This document shows, in pieces, positions 14,290 through 27,499 of a stretch of 64,000 nt of DNA. Source of the stretch: Octopus vulgaris (taxonomy: Eukaryota); NCBI GenBank assembly GCA_951406725.2, contig OX597831.1:48050001-48114000 (forward strand), in the 5' to 3' direction. The translations under genes were made by a program, and so were the position numbers. Position 1 is the first letter of the stretch, and each line of letters opens with the position of its first letter. The notes below the pieces were generated by a model that ran no database searches, was not told the DNA's origin, and saw nothing but the letters and a program-made list of their open reading frames with translations.

Positions 14290-14596
14290 TTATATGTTTG
14301 TTCCTTCTCGAGCCATGCCTAGCTCATAAGGGCTGGTTTCCCAGTTTCTTTGGCATATAGGTTCCCCACTTGGATGGGACGCCGGTTCATTGCAGGTGAG
14401 CCGCAAGATGCAGGAGGAAAGAGGGAGAGAAAGTTGTGGCGAAAGAGTCAGCAGAAGTTCGTCATTACCTTCTGCCAGAGCCGCATGAAGCTTAGGTATT
14501 TTGCTCATAAACATTCACATTGCGCGGTCTGAGATTCGAACCTGCGATCCCTCGACCACGAGTCTACTGCTCTAACCACTAGGCCATGTGCCTCCA
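14290..14596 (-). mobile_element. tRNA-derived SINE family C nested in a family B SINE
   Basis: Minus strand has A box tggcctagtgg and B box ggttcgaatc; near-identical flanks cagttga(a/g)cactg act as a TSD. Confidence 0.8.
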
Positions 14597-14687
14597 CAGT
14601 TGAGCACTGGGGCTGGTGTTATTAATGTACCCCTTCTCCCAAAAGTGCTGCCATTGTGCACAAATTTGAAACCATTATTATTATTAC

Positions 14688-14729
<42 letters not shown>

Positions 14730-14743
14730 CATTATTATTATTG

Positions 14744-15299
14744 TTGAGTGAGAGAGCAGTGCATGCCATCAAAGTGACACTGGGGTAAAATATACAAAGT
14801 CCAGTATACCCATCATGACTACCTGTCTGATAAGGGTACACCAGCCACATGCATCACAACCATATGTGTGCAACATGGTGATCTCATATCAAGATAAACA
14901 GCACATGACCTTGCGGGTGGGGCCCAGTTAGAATTTTCTTCTGGTCAAGTAACCCATTCTGCTCAAAAGGTCCCTGAATAAGGGTTGTTTAAGGATGTTG
15001 AACAAACCACCTGTTTCCAGAGGTGAATTATCCAAACCTCTAAGAATTCCTTTCAACACATAGCTATGATGCTCTCCCACTACTTCTGCTTGTGATCAGA
15101 GATGCACATATCGTCATCCACTAAGGGACATGGTCAACTGGTTAAGCTCAAACAGCTGACAAACAAATCTGTGGTATTGAGCAGAATATTTGTTGTAGCC
15201 CATCTTTTATACCAAGACAAAACGATGTACATGATAACACTTCCAATCAGTTAAGATCAGAAGCTATGAGAGCCACTGCCTGGTACTGCTTCAGGGTAT
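14744..15299 (-). mobile_element. ~555-bp non-coding element embedded in (TAA)n, copy 1
   Basis: Highly similar to 21695-22251 and 24864-25413, with the same ends and (TTA)n on both sides. Confidence 0.85.
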
Positions 15300-15306
15300 T
15301 TTATTA

Positions 15307-15346
<40 letters not shown>

Positions 15347-16253
15347 AGTGGCAAGCTGGTGTAACTGTTGGCATGCAAGGTAAACTGCTTAGTAGTATTT
15401 CATTCATCTTTACATTCTGAGTTCAAATTCCGCTGGGGTCAACTTTGCCTTTCATCCTTTCAGGGTCAATAAAATAAGTTACAGTTGAGCACTGTGGTCG
15501 ATGTAATGGACTTACCATATCCTGCCAAAGTTTCTGACCTAGAGCCAAAGTTTAAAATAAATATCTGTTTTCCATTCAGACATAAGCTTTACAGTTTGAC
15601 AGGAACTGGTGAACCAGAAGATTGCCCCAATCTCCACTATCTGTTTTGGCATGATTTCTATGCTTGGATATCCTTCCTAATACCAAACATTTTACAAAGA
15701 GCATTGGCTGCTTTTTACATGGCACCAACACCAGTGAGGTCACTAAATATCTTGCAAAACAAGACTCTCTCATTTAAGGTGGGAGTAATATTGAGAGAGA
15801 TGGCTTTGTACAAGATGGTGAGGAGTTGAACAAGATGGGAAAAAATGACAAGGCTTCTCAACTGTATTTTTAGGACCCATGTGCAAACACATTATCTAAA
15901 ATATTCTTCAATTTTTTTTCTGAGACAGTAAAATGAATGGAACTTAGCTGTTATTTCTAGCAGGCTATGTAACAATGAAGAGATATATTTCTAATTTACA
16001 TTGGTCATTGAAAGTATATTCAGTGGTTTGCAGGCATCTGTTTTGTTGTCGATAAGAAGGTTTTTATTAATTTCCGTGTATTTTTTTCGTAATATATATT
16101 ATTAATGGTAGTTTATTATAATTGAGTATAATGCTTGTTATATTCTGTCTGGCAAATTGTTTTATATTTGTAAATGTGTTTATCTAGTCTATAACCAGAG
16201 ATCATATACTTCATACATACCACACACATACATACATAATACATACATAATAC

Positions 16254-16313
<60 letters not shown>

Positions 16314-16326
16314 AATATATATATGT

Positions 16327-16357
<31 letters not shown>

Positions 16358-16534
16358 TAATATATGTATGTAATATAAGTATGTATATATATATGTATAT
16401 ATGTATGTATGTATATATGTAATATATGTATATATGTATGTATGTGTATATATATATATATACGTAATATATGTATATATGTATGTATGTGTATATATAT
16501 ATATATATATGTAATATATGTATGTATGTGTATA

Positions 16535-16582
<48 letters not shown>

Positions 16583-17795
16583 ATATATATATATATACAT
16601 ACATACACATATATATATATTTTTGCAATATATATTCTTTGTGTTTTTCTACTGAATTTAGTGGCACTTGTGTCTATATTATTCTATACTTTAATGTATT
16701 AAATTATTTGTACATTATTGTACAAATATTTGGTATATGCTATCAATTTCCATTTTTTACGTTTTCATCTTTTTCTTTTTGTTTTTGTTTTTGAAGATAA
16801 TTAGAAGAATGTAAAGAACTCTTCTGGATTGTGTTGTTTACTATCACTGATATGTAATGTCATTGTAAACATTTACCATTTCACAAGGCGTATGATGTAA
16901 TTTATTGATACATTTAAAGTAGACTGACATAATACATGTTGTTTCTTATCCTGTTGTTGTTATCATTACCATTGCCATCATCATCACCATTGCCATCATC
17001 ATCATCTCTACCATCATTATCATCATCATCATTGTCATCATCGTAGAAAGGGTGGCATGTAAGAATGACGAAGCCATCTTGAGCATAATCCTATGAACCC
17101 AGAAAAATTTAAAACAGAGGGTTACCTACTCGCAAACAAATGTTGTAACATGTAACATTATTGACCGGGGTTACTGTGGTCTTTTCCGTAGGCTTTTCTT
17201 TCCACGGATAAACCTTGTCTGCTTCCCCCTTTACACTTTACATCATGACATTTCTGTGATACATGATCCCTATTGATCGCTTTTTCTTCTTTTCCTTTTT
17301 TTTTCTTTCCCTTTTACGATCCCTTTTGATCGAAAACCTACCCCACTTTTTTTTTTCTCTCCCCAAAAAGAAAAGCCAAAGAAAAAGAAAAGCCATCATT
17401 ATCATTGCCATCATCATCATTGCCATCATCATCATTGCCATTCTCCTCCTCCTCCTCCTCCTCCTCCTCATCATCATCATCATCATCGTTTTAACATCTA
17501 TTTCATGCTCAAATGAGGGTATTTGAAAGAAGAACTTTCCACAGCTGGATGCTTTTCCTGCTGCAAAACTCCACCTGTTGCCAAGAGAGGTAATAAATTC
17601 TCAGCTCTGTTGAGCATAAAACATCTCTGGACATGTTTATGTGGAGAGCTGGAAATAAACGACACTACTGTTTGCTTGGTCCATCTGTTTACAAAGATCC
17701 CACAACATCTAGTCAAAAAAAGCTTAAATGTGCTTTCATGGTGGTCTATCAGCAAATGACATTATTAGTAAAGCCATTGCTAACATCCAATATAT

Positions 17796-18074
17796 CAGTG
17801 GTTCCCAAAGTGGGTGGTGTTGAAATCTTTTTACTGGCTGCAGTAGAAAGATTCAGGGAGGCATTGAAAGAAAGTGGGGTGTTAATGGGATATCCAAAAG
17901 GGGACAGAGGATGTAAAAACCCCAAAATTATGGGGTAATCAGGTTAAGTTTTTATTTGTAAAAGACAGTTGTTTTGAATTTGTTGCAGAAAGAGGTCTAT
18001 GTTAGTGGTGGGAGTGGGAGAGGGGGTACTAGGGTGCCAAGGGAGCAGCTACTGAAAATGTTCAGGAACCACTG
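17796..18074. mobile_element. hAT (Charlie-like) MITE
   Basis: Ends cagtggttcccaaa / ttcaggaaccactg; TSD not preserved. Confidence 0.6.
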
Positions 18075-18160
18075 CAGAGGATAAACTTACTGATATGAAG
18101 TATAGTCTCATTCAAACAAGCACACATATACATACATATATACATAATGGTAGTCTCTTT

Positions 18161-18460
18161 TTTTATGGAGATGTACTTGCATAGCAAGTGACCTGATCTG
18201 AGATCATGTGCTGGAACGTAAACAATTGCAGCATGGAAGGTGTTTATAAGCCATTTAAGAAACACAAAAAAACTGTTAGATTCACTTCAACATTTAAATT
18301 TAATTTGCCAAAATATTTTCGTCACTTTGAGACCGTGACGTATTCACTGACGTCGTGGTCTCAAAGCGACGAAAATATTTTGGCAAATTAAATTTGAATG
18401 TTGAAGTGAATCTAATGGTTTTTGCGTGTTTCTTAAATGGATGATAAACACCTTCCACGC
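18161..18460 (-). mobile_element. palindromic hammerhead-bearing insert with 13-bp TSD (PLE-type non-autonomous element)
   Basis: Inverted arms 18229-18340 and 18351-18462 around a 10-nt spacer; exact direct repeat tggtagtctcttt at 18148-18160 and 18461-18473. Confidence 0.85.
18307..18351 (-). ncRNA. hammerhead-like motif, G3/U8 core variant
   Basis: Minus strand reads gtca-GTGAATA-c-GTCAC-ggtctcaaa-GTGAC-GAAA-a-ta-TTT-tggc; stems I and II pair and the stem III region is palindromic (AAATATTT). Confidence 0.5.
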
Positions 18461-18731
18461 TGGTAGTCTCTTTGTAGTCTGGGAAAGACTGCTCTGCAAT
18501 TTGTTTATAGTTATCAAACGTTTGTGCTGTAGTTTAGCTCCCTCCCTCCATTAAATCGATGTTGCCCAAACAGGTGCACGGTGTTCCACACATCAGGTGT
18601 TAAAACAATCACAGAGCAATGTGAGTGGAAGTGTTTTGCTCAAGGAAACAACACACCACCAGGTCCAGGAATTGAAATCGGGATCTTGCAAGCACTAGAC
18701 CATGTACCCTCACACACATATACATATATAT

Positions 18732-18945
18732 TCTTTTCTACTCTAGGCACTAGGCCCGAAATTTTTTGGAGAGGGGGCCAGTCGATTAGATCAACCCTAG
18801 CATGCAACTGGTACTTAATTTATTGACCCTGAAAGGATGAAAGGCAAAGTCGACCTCGGCGGAATTTGAACTCAGAATGTGGCGACAGGCGAAATACTGC
18901 TAACCATTTCGTCCAGCGTGCTAACGATTCTGCCAGCTCGCTGCC
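18732..18945 (-). mobile_element. tRNA-derived SINE family B
   Basis: Head gagctggcagaatcgttagca..gagttcaaattcc and core gaggtcgactttgcctttcatcctttc; more than ten copies, e.g. 3636, 15348, 22937, 25680 and 50724. Confidence 0.85.
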
Positions 18946-19069
18946 TTTATACACATATATAATGCATATAAAATGGGCTTGTTTCGGATCAGTTTTTCCT
19001 GAAGGCAATTATCAAGATGATTATTGTTACTACATATATTATTATTATCATTATTATTATTATATTATT

Positions 19070-19556
19070 GTCTTTGCCCAGCTTCTAACGCTGGAGATGT
19101 ACTAGTGCCAGCTGTTCACTACCCGTGAACTAAGGTAACATCCCTTATTTTTTTAGCACTATCCAGAGTATTTGAGTGGTTCCAAGCAGTGCTGTTTTCT
19201 GCAAGTGCTCCACCCTTATTGCAGCCCCTATTTGTTCCATGTACTTCTCAAGATTTTTACTCACTCTTCCAAGGGCTGACAATTATTGGTACTACTACCA
19301 CCTTTTTCATCGACAACAACTGCCTAACCTCCCAAGCTAACCTGTCATATCTATTGACATTTCTTTCTTCCTTATCACATACCTTGTTGTCAGCTGGGCA
19401 TGCTATATCTATGATCCAGCATCATTTCCTTTCTTTCACAATTAACACTATGTCTGGTTTCCAATTCTCTATCTCATGGTCGTGCTGAATCATAAAATCC
19501 CATAAGATCTTTGCATTATCATTTACAATGATGCCTTCGGGTTCATGTTCATACCA

Positions 19557-19560
<4 letters not shown>
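19070..19560 (-). pseudogene. 3' fragment of an R4/Dong-like RLE retrotransposon (family 2)
   Basis: WYEHEPEGIIVNDNAKILWDFMIQHDHEIENWKPDIVL is the RLE PD motif region. The 3'UTR matches 26040-26130, and the 5' junction abuts (TAA)n. Confidence 0.8.
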
Positions 19561-19629
<69 letters not shown>

Positions 19630-19654
19630 GTTGTTGTTGTTGTTATTATTATTA

Positions 19655-19698
<44 letters not shown>

Positions 19699-19978
19699 TT
19701 TATTATCATCCTCAGCAGTAGTGCTGTGACATTGTAGTCGTTTGGAGCCCACGTGAAGTTGGTATTGTTCAATATGTTCCTTAGCCTTTAAGGGTCTACA
19801 GAATCAATAATGACAATCATTAATAGTAATTGATTTTTCAGATTAATCACATGCTAGCTCATTATAGTAGTAGTTCTTAGTACCGTAACAAAACTGTGTG
19901 TGCACGGTACATGTGCAGTGTGGTAGGGGGTCTCGCTACAACTAGCCAGCAACCATGCAAAACTAATATAACCTGTTT

Positions 19979-20044
<66 letters not shown>

Positions 20045-21694
20045 TCTTGTTCTTCTTCTCCCTCCTTCCTCTTCTTCCCTTCCTCCCCCGCCTCCTCCCT
20101 GCCCCAATTCCCTTCCTCCTCCTCCTCCTCCTCCAATCCTCATACTCTTTGTTTATTCTTGTTAAGACAGCTGTTGTTGTTTAACTCCAAGCCAATAAAC
20201 CTTATTATCAGAAATGTTGCAGCCGTTTTCTGTATGGCTGTGTGAACCATGTGGTTTCAGGTTCAGTCTTACTCTTTGGCATCTTGAGCAAATGTCTTCT
20301 ACTACAGCCTCATGCAAACCAAATCTTTGCGAGTAAAATTAGCAGACAGAAGTAGTTCTGTAACCCTGCTTCATTTTAGCACTCTATAATATTCTGATAA
20401 TTCCATTAACATCTAGAAAGTGTTTTAGGAATATCAAATCAGTCTCCATCAATCCTTTGGCAGTTTATTTTATATTGTACCATTGGTTAACCATAACATT
20501 ATTCATTATAGTCACAGGTGGCCAATGGGCCAACTAGTGGTCCACTCTACTGCTTTTCTAATAAGTTCAACAGGGAAGTGTCTTCATTTGAAAAGCATCT
20601 TGTTTTCGATTTTCTTGCTAATGTTTTCACCTCTTTTATTATTTACATTGCTGAAAAATATATCACAAACACACAATAAACAGGTATGAAGGTTCTGGCA
20701 GAATTTTGGTTTAAGCACCTCATATGATCCTGCATAACTTTTTTTAAATTTGGTTTTTTCAGAAAATTTTTTGCAAATTTGGTTTCTGCATAAAGGAATT
20801 CATATGATTATGTAAAAAAATAATTAAAATAAATTTTTTTATTCCTTCCCCTAAATCCTAAAACTTCCAGTCTTTTTCAATTTTATTTTTAAGATATAGA
20901 CAATCCAAAATTTTTGCTTAAATCCCAGCATAGGCCATTCTTGAGTGCATCATCATTCCATTAAATATATTTATCGGGAAAAACATATAGAAAAACATCA
21001 ATACAAGTTTGAGTGACAAAGAAATGAGGAAATTATCAGGTGGTCGTGGGATGTGCTAAAAATAACAACTAAATCGTCCTTAAATCATACACACTTTCTC
21101 TTCTTAACTGTATGAATTCTGTGTGTAGAACACAAATTTGCAAAAATTTTTTGAAAATTCCAAAAAATGAAAAAAAGTTACAAAAGGTTACATGGGCTAC
21201 TTAAACCAGAATTCCACCAGGGTTTCCATACAGTTTCCATCCAATCACAAGGTATACATCAGTCCACTGGTAGAAGACACTTGCCTAAAGTGCTACACCG
21301 TGGGATCGAGCCAAGAAAAATGTGCTCACCACTATGCTTCAAACTTGTCTCATATTTCATGTTAAATAAAGTTAAACGTGGCAAGATTTGAAATCAGTAC
21401 ACAAAGGCTAAAGAGCTATGATAAAATACCACAAGCCTAATGCTTTAATGACCCTTGCCAATCTCCAGCATATAGATTGGCAGAATCATAAAAAGGGTTG
21501 GATACGATGCCTTGTAATTATTTCAGTACTTTACATTCTGAGTTCAACTACATCCAGGGGTTGATAACATTAAAGTACCAGTCATGTACTGAGATTGATT
21601 TACATCACTGTCTTTTTCCTAACCAAAATATGAAACCTTTTTTTGCTTTTATTTGAATCAGCTGTTGTTGGTATTGTTATAATAATTATTATTA

Positions 21695-22251
21695 TTGAGT
21701 GAGAGAGCAGTGCATGCCATCAAAGTGACACTGGGGTAAAATATACAAAGCCCAGTATACCCATCATGACTACCCACCTGATAAGGGTACACCAGGCACT
21801 TGCATCACAACCATATGTGTGCAACATGGTGGTCTCATATCAAGATAAACAGCACATGACCTTGCAAGTGAGGCCCAGGTAGAATTTTCTTCTGGTCGAG
21901 TAACCCATCCCGCTCAAAAGATCACTGAATAAGGGTTGTTTAAGGATGTTGAACGAACTACCCATGTTTCCAGAGGTGAATTATTCAAACCCCAAAGAAT
22001 TCCTCTCAACACATGGCTATGATGCTCTCCCACTACTTCTGCTCATGATCAGAGATGCACATATCGTCAGCCACTAAGAGACATGCTCAACTGGTTAAGT
22101 CAAACAACTAACAAGAAAATCTGTGGTATTGAGCAGAATATTTGCTGTAGCCCATCTTTTATACCAAGACAAAACGATGTACAAGATAACACTTTCAATC
22201 AGTTAAGATCAGAAGCCACGAGAGCCACTGCCTGGTACTGCTTCAGGGCAT
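21695..22251 (-). mobile_element. ~555-bp non-coding element embedded in (TAA)n, copy 2
   Basis: Same sequence and ends as 14744-15299; (TTA)n flanks. Confidence 0.85.
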
Positions 22252-22255
22252 TTTA

Positions 22256-22292
<37 letters not shown>

Positions 22293-22497
22293 GCATGCTG
22301 GACGAAATGTTTAGCAGTATTTCATCTGTGGCTATGTTCTGAGTCCAAATTCCGCCTTTCATCCTTTCAGAATCGATAAGTTAAGTTCCAGTGGCACACT
22401 GGGGTCAATGTAATCGACTTGCCCCCTCCCCCACAATTTCGAGCCTTGTGCCTATAGTAGAAAGGGTTTTTATTATTATTATTATTATAATTATTAT

Positions 22498-22851
22498 TTT
22501 TTTTTCTTCTTCTTTCAAATTTGCTATCATTTCTTGCCGAGTGTCTTCCCGACTCCTAGGGCAAAGAAACTCATAGTATACATTGGTAGGCCATTAAACC
22601 AAACTCAGTAGCTCGTTCATTTTTTTTTTTTTTTTTTTTTTAAAGTTAAATTAAAATTACATGAGCAGCAACAGTTCTCACATCGACAATGCTCTTCTCA
22701 ATACATGTGATGTACCAGTTAAGACAATCTTTTGCACTTCTTGCAGGGATGGTAAGCCAGGGATCATTCTCATATAATTTTCGGTTCCCTTCTTGATCAT
22801 TCCTAGTGCTCCTACGATCACTGGTATTGTAACCGCCTTGAGATGCCACAT
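22498..22851 (-). pseudogene. 3' stub of an R4/Dong-like RLE retrotransposon (family 3)
   Basis: Minus strand encodes MWHLKAVTIPVIVGALGMIKKG..LQEVQKIVLTGTSHVLRRALSM*, homologous to the C-terminus at 54078-54317; (TAA)n on both sides. Confidence 0.8.
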
Positions 22852-22852
22852 A

Positions 22853-22923
<71 letters not shown>

Positions 22924-22936
22924 TATTATTATTGAA

Positions 22937-23151
22937 GGCAGTGAGCTGGCAGAATTGTTAGCACTCTGGGCGAAATGCTTAGCAGTATTTCATCTGTCGC
23001 TACAATTCTGAGTTCAAATTCTGCCAAGGTCACCTATGCCTTTCATCCTTTCGGGGTCGATAAATTAAGTACCAGTTGTGTACTGGAGTCAATGCAATCA
23101 ACTTAACCCTTTCCCCAAAATTTCAGGCTTTGTGCCTCCAGTAGAAAGGAC
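22937..23151 (+). mobile_element. tRNA-derived SINE family B in (TTA)n
   Basis: Full head-core-tail copy flanked by (TTA)n tracts. Confidence 0.85.
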
Positions 23152-23217
<66 letters not shown>

Positions 23218-23854
23218 GAAGGTGGCAAGCTGGCAAAATCATTAGTGTGCTGGATGAAATGCTTAGTGGACGAAATGCTTAGCTTTCTGCCAAAATTTGA
23301 GACCATTATAAATATTAAGGTTCATGGAGATGAGCTGGTAGAATTATTAACACATTGGACAAATTTTTTTAATTGAGATTGAAGTCTAGTTTATTATCAA
23401 TATAGATAATCATTGCTTAAACTTCACACCCACTGGTTGTGTAGTGGAGTGTTGTCGAATTATAATCGATTCCCAGTGAAGTGTGGATGGACTTCCTCTG
23501 TGTCTCTAACTAGATACAACTGTGTAACATGTCGGAGGATAGCTTTGCATGTTTTGTTCTTTATCATTGTGTGTCTTATATAATAATGTGGCAAAAGGCT
23601 ACTTTGATTAATCAGTCATCATCGTCATTGTCGGCATTGATGGTGGTGGCAGCAGTGGTGGTGGTGTCAGCATCGTTGGTGTTGTGGTTGCTATTGGCAT
23701 CGTCGATGATGATGATGTTGCAGCTGTGGTTTAGCTTCAGTTCAGCTCTGATCAAAATCAAGGAAAACTATGAGCAAAAGTGTTCCAACTGTGACCACCC
23801 CATTCTACTTTCTGGTATAATGATTCAAGAATTATATTATCCTGTATATTTTAA

Positions 23855-24139
23855 TTTTTATTTTATGACAACCAGATATGATTTGAGGGACGTTTGGCTG
23901 TTATTTCTAGCAAGGTTAATGATCAGATTGTCCTTATAGGCATATATTTGTATTTTTATCTTATGACAACCAGATATGATTTGAGGGACGTTTGGCTGTT
24001 ATTTCTAGCAAGGTTAATGATCAGATTGTCCTTATAGGCATATATTTTTATTTTTATTTTATGACAACCAGATATGATTTGAGGGACGTTTGGCTGTTAT
24101 TTCTAGCAAGGTTAATGATCAGATTGTCCTTATTGGCAT
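23855..24139. repeat. 98-bp tandem repeat, about 2.9 near-identical copies
   Basis: atgacaaccagatatgatttgaggg starts at 23865, 23963 and 24061. Confidence 0.95.
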
Positions 24140-24481
24140 GTGCAGTGAACTACTGATTTTGCTGCTATGGTTACTGAAGCAGATTTCAGCCGATTGAGTA
24201 AACCTATGAGGAAAGACAATCCAGATATAACCATCCCATCTTTTATACATATACAAAATCACAACGTACATAGAATTCAAATTATTCAGTGTATCCTTCT
24301 TTTTCTTTTCTGAAGACAGTAGGGTATAATTCAAAGAAAGTTTAGCTGCTATTTCATGCAAGCTAAGCAACCACACAGTGGCTCATTTAGTGGCCAGCAT
24401 AGTCAATTTCTCAATACTCTAGTACTAGCAGGGTCTGCAACTGCAAGAATACTCACTAGTAATGAAAATAAGAATATGGCA

Positions 24482-24520
<39 letters not shown>

Positions 24521-24863
24521 GATGGTGGTCATACTAAAAAGTTGCAACAGTTGATGTACTCATGAACTATTTCTGCTGCAGACAGTTGCAATGTGGCTAT
24601 GTTGAAGACTGCAAAGTTGCAGCAACCATTTGAATGTAATCAGTTTAAAAGTTGTATGAACAAAACTCCACCTTGATCCTCCAAAGTAATTGAATTAAAT
24701 ATACTGAATGAATAAATACATTTAAACAACGTTTAAATAAATGTTCTTACTTCTATAGTTCCTTTCATTATCAGATTTTTAAAAAATATAACAGCGCTTT
24801 ATGATGATGATGATGATGATGATGATGATAATAATAACAATAATAATAATAGTAATAATAATT

Positions 24864-25410
24864 ATGCCCTGATGCAGTACCAGACAGTGGCTCTCATGGC
24901 TTCTGATCTTAACTGATTGGAAGTGTTATCATGTACATCGTTCTGTCTTGGTATAAAAGATGGGCTACAGCAAATATTCTGCTCAATACCACAGATTTGC
25001 TTGTCAGTTGTTTGACCTTAACCAGTTGACCATGTTCCTTAGTGGCTGACAATATGTGCATCTCTGATCATGAGCAGAAGTAGTGGGGGAGCATCATAGC
25101 CGTGTGTTGAAAGGGATTCTTAGAGGTTTGGAAAATTCACCTTTGGAAACATGGGTGGTTCATTCAACATCTTTAAACAATCCTTATTCAGGGATCTTTT
25201 GAGCGGGATGGGCTACTCAACCAGAAGAAAATTCTACCTGGGCCCCACCCACAAGTTCATGTGCTGTTTATCTTGATATAAGATCACCATGTCGTGCACA
25301 GATGGTTGTGATGCATGTGCCTGGTGTGACCTTATCAGACAGGTAGTCATGATGGGTATACTGGGCTTCGTACCCCAGTGTCACTTTGATGGCATGCACT
25401 GCTCTCTCAC

Positions 25411-25413
<3 letters not shown>
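24864..25413 (+). mobile_element. ~555-bp non-coding element embedded in (TAA)n, copy 3
   Basis: Reverse complement of copies 1 and 2; begins atgccctgatgcagtacc and ends ctctctcact followed by (taa)n. Confidence 0.85.
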
Positions 25414-25475
<62 letters not shown>

Positions 25476-25905
25476 TAAAATAATAATAATAATAAAAATA
25501 ATAATAATAATCCTTTCTATAGTAAGCATAAGGTCTCAAATTTGGGGGAAGGGATTAAGTTGATTGCATCAACCCCAATGCATAACTGGTACATGTTTAA
25601 TCAACCCCAGAGGGATGAAAGGCAAAGTCGACCTTGGTGGAATTTGAACACAAAAATATAGTGGCAAATGAAATACCTATTTCTTTACTACCCATAAGGG
25701 GCTAAACACAGAGAGGACAAACAAGGATAGACAAATGGATTATGTCGATTATATCGACCCCAGTGCGTAAATGGTGCTTATTTAATTGACCCCTAAAGGC
25801 TGAAAGGCAAAGTCGACCTCGGCGGAATTTGAACTCAGAACATAGCAGCAGACGAAATACCGCTAAGCATTTTGCCCAGTGTGCTAACAATTCTGCCTGC
25901 TTGCC

Positions 25906-26432
25906 TGTAGTACCAATAATTGTCGGAGCCCTGGGAACAGTGTGCAAAAATCTCCAGAAGTATGTGGAACAAATAGGGGCTGCAATAAGTGTGGAGCACT
26001 TGCAGAAAACAGCACTGCTGTGAACTGCTTGAATAGTCTGGAAGGTGTTCAGAAAATAAGAGTGTTACCTTAGTTCACTGGTAGTGAATAGCTGACACTG
26101 TAGTACATCTCCATCGTTAGAAGCTGTGCAAAGGCAATAAAAATGATAATAATAATAATAGCTTGGGAAGTTAAGCAGTTGTGGTCGATGAAAAGGTAGC
26201 AGTAGTACCAATAATTGTAGGAGCCCTGGGAACAGGGAGCAAAAATCTGGAGGAGTATGTGGAACAAATAGGGACTGCAATAAGGGTGGAGCACTTGCAG
26301 AAAACAGCACTGCTGTGAACTGCTCAAATACTCCGGAATGTGCTTGGAAAATAAGAGGTGTTACATTAGTTCACTGGTAGTGAACAGCTGACACCATAGT
26401 ACATCTCCAGCATTAGAAGCTGAACAAAGGCA
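25906..26432 (+). pseudogene. two tandem 3' stubs of RLE retrotransposon family 2
   Basis: VPIIVGALGTVCKNLQKYVEQIGAAISVEHLQKTALL plus 3'UTR and TAA tail, present twice (25906-26130 and 26160-26432). Confidence 0.8.
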
Positions 26433-27290
26433 ACAACAACAACAATAATAATAATAATAACAATAATAATAATAATAATAATCTTTCCTAGTATAAGCAT
26501 AATAATCCTTTTCTGCTATAGTTGTGATTGCAACTGTGATTGTATTCTGTATATTGCTTTATATGTTAACCTTTATATATTAGTTACATTAAGCTTTAAA
26601 TTTGAAACTTAGTTTGAAATTGCTATTTCAGAGGCAAGAACGAATTTAACATAATTCATCATCTTAATACTAGAAAAGACATAGAGTGATTGTTGAACCC
26701 TTCTTAGTTTGGCATGTTGAAATTTCATAATCCTATTTTCAGAGTGTCATTTACATGTACATGGATTCACAATTGATAACCTATTTTCAATTTTGGATTT
26801 TTATTTTGATTTTTGATGTCTTAACCCTTTCTTTACAATTGTGTATCTGCCTTTGTAAAAGGGGATGACTAGGGTATGGGATCGCAGACTAAATACCATA
26901 TCCATCTACATTTCATAATACAGCTTATATATTCTTTTATTCTTTTACTTGTTTCAGTCATTTGACTGTGGCCAAGAAGTCAATTAGTCAAACAAATTGA
27001 CGGGAGGGTTTATTTTTTAATCCTAGTATTTATTCTATCATTCTCTTTTGCCAAGCTGCAAAGTTACAGGTATGTAAATAGACAACACCATTTGTCAAGT
27101 GATGATGGGGGACAAACACAGATACAAAGATACTCACACAGATATAGATAGATAGATAGATAGATACATACATACATACATACATATGTACATACATACA
27201 TACATGTATGTATATATATATATATATATATATTATATTTAGATTATCATGAAATTCAGATGATCTGGTTCTTGACTTGCATCGTCTATC

Positions 27291-27335
<45 letters not shown>

Positions 27336-27499
27336 CTGTGTATGTACAACTGGCTTCTTTATATATATACATACATATGTGTGTGTATACAACAGGCTTC
27401 TTTCACTTTCACAAGTTTCCACATAGTGGACTGAACCTGAATCCAAGTCATTGGGATGGAAACTTCTTGACCACTCGTCCACACTTGTGCCTACCATCT

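Noticed and set aside
14520-14596. tRNA gene
   Set aside because: The A/B boxes belong to a SINE head that continues into a SINE body with a TSD; no complete cloverleaf was verified.
16116-16794. Long ORFs rich in YI/HT/CV dipeptides (also 28.2-29.6, 33.4-34.1, 43.9-44.5 and 59.6-60.2 kb)
   Set aside because: These are translations of stop-free microsatellites, not proteins.
17045-17380. Possible L1/Tx1 3' end
   Set aside because: Too short and lacking diagnostic motifs.
23855-24139. CRISPR-like array
   Set aside because: Units are identical end to end with no unique spacers, there are no cas genes, and the context is eukaryotic.
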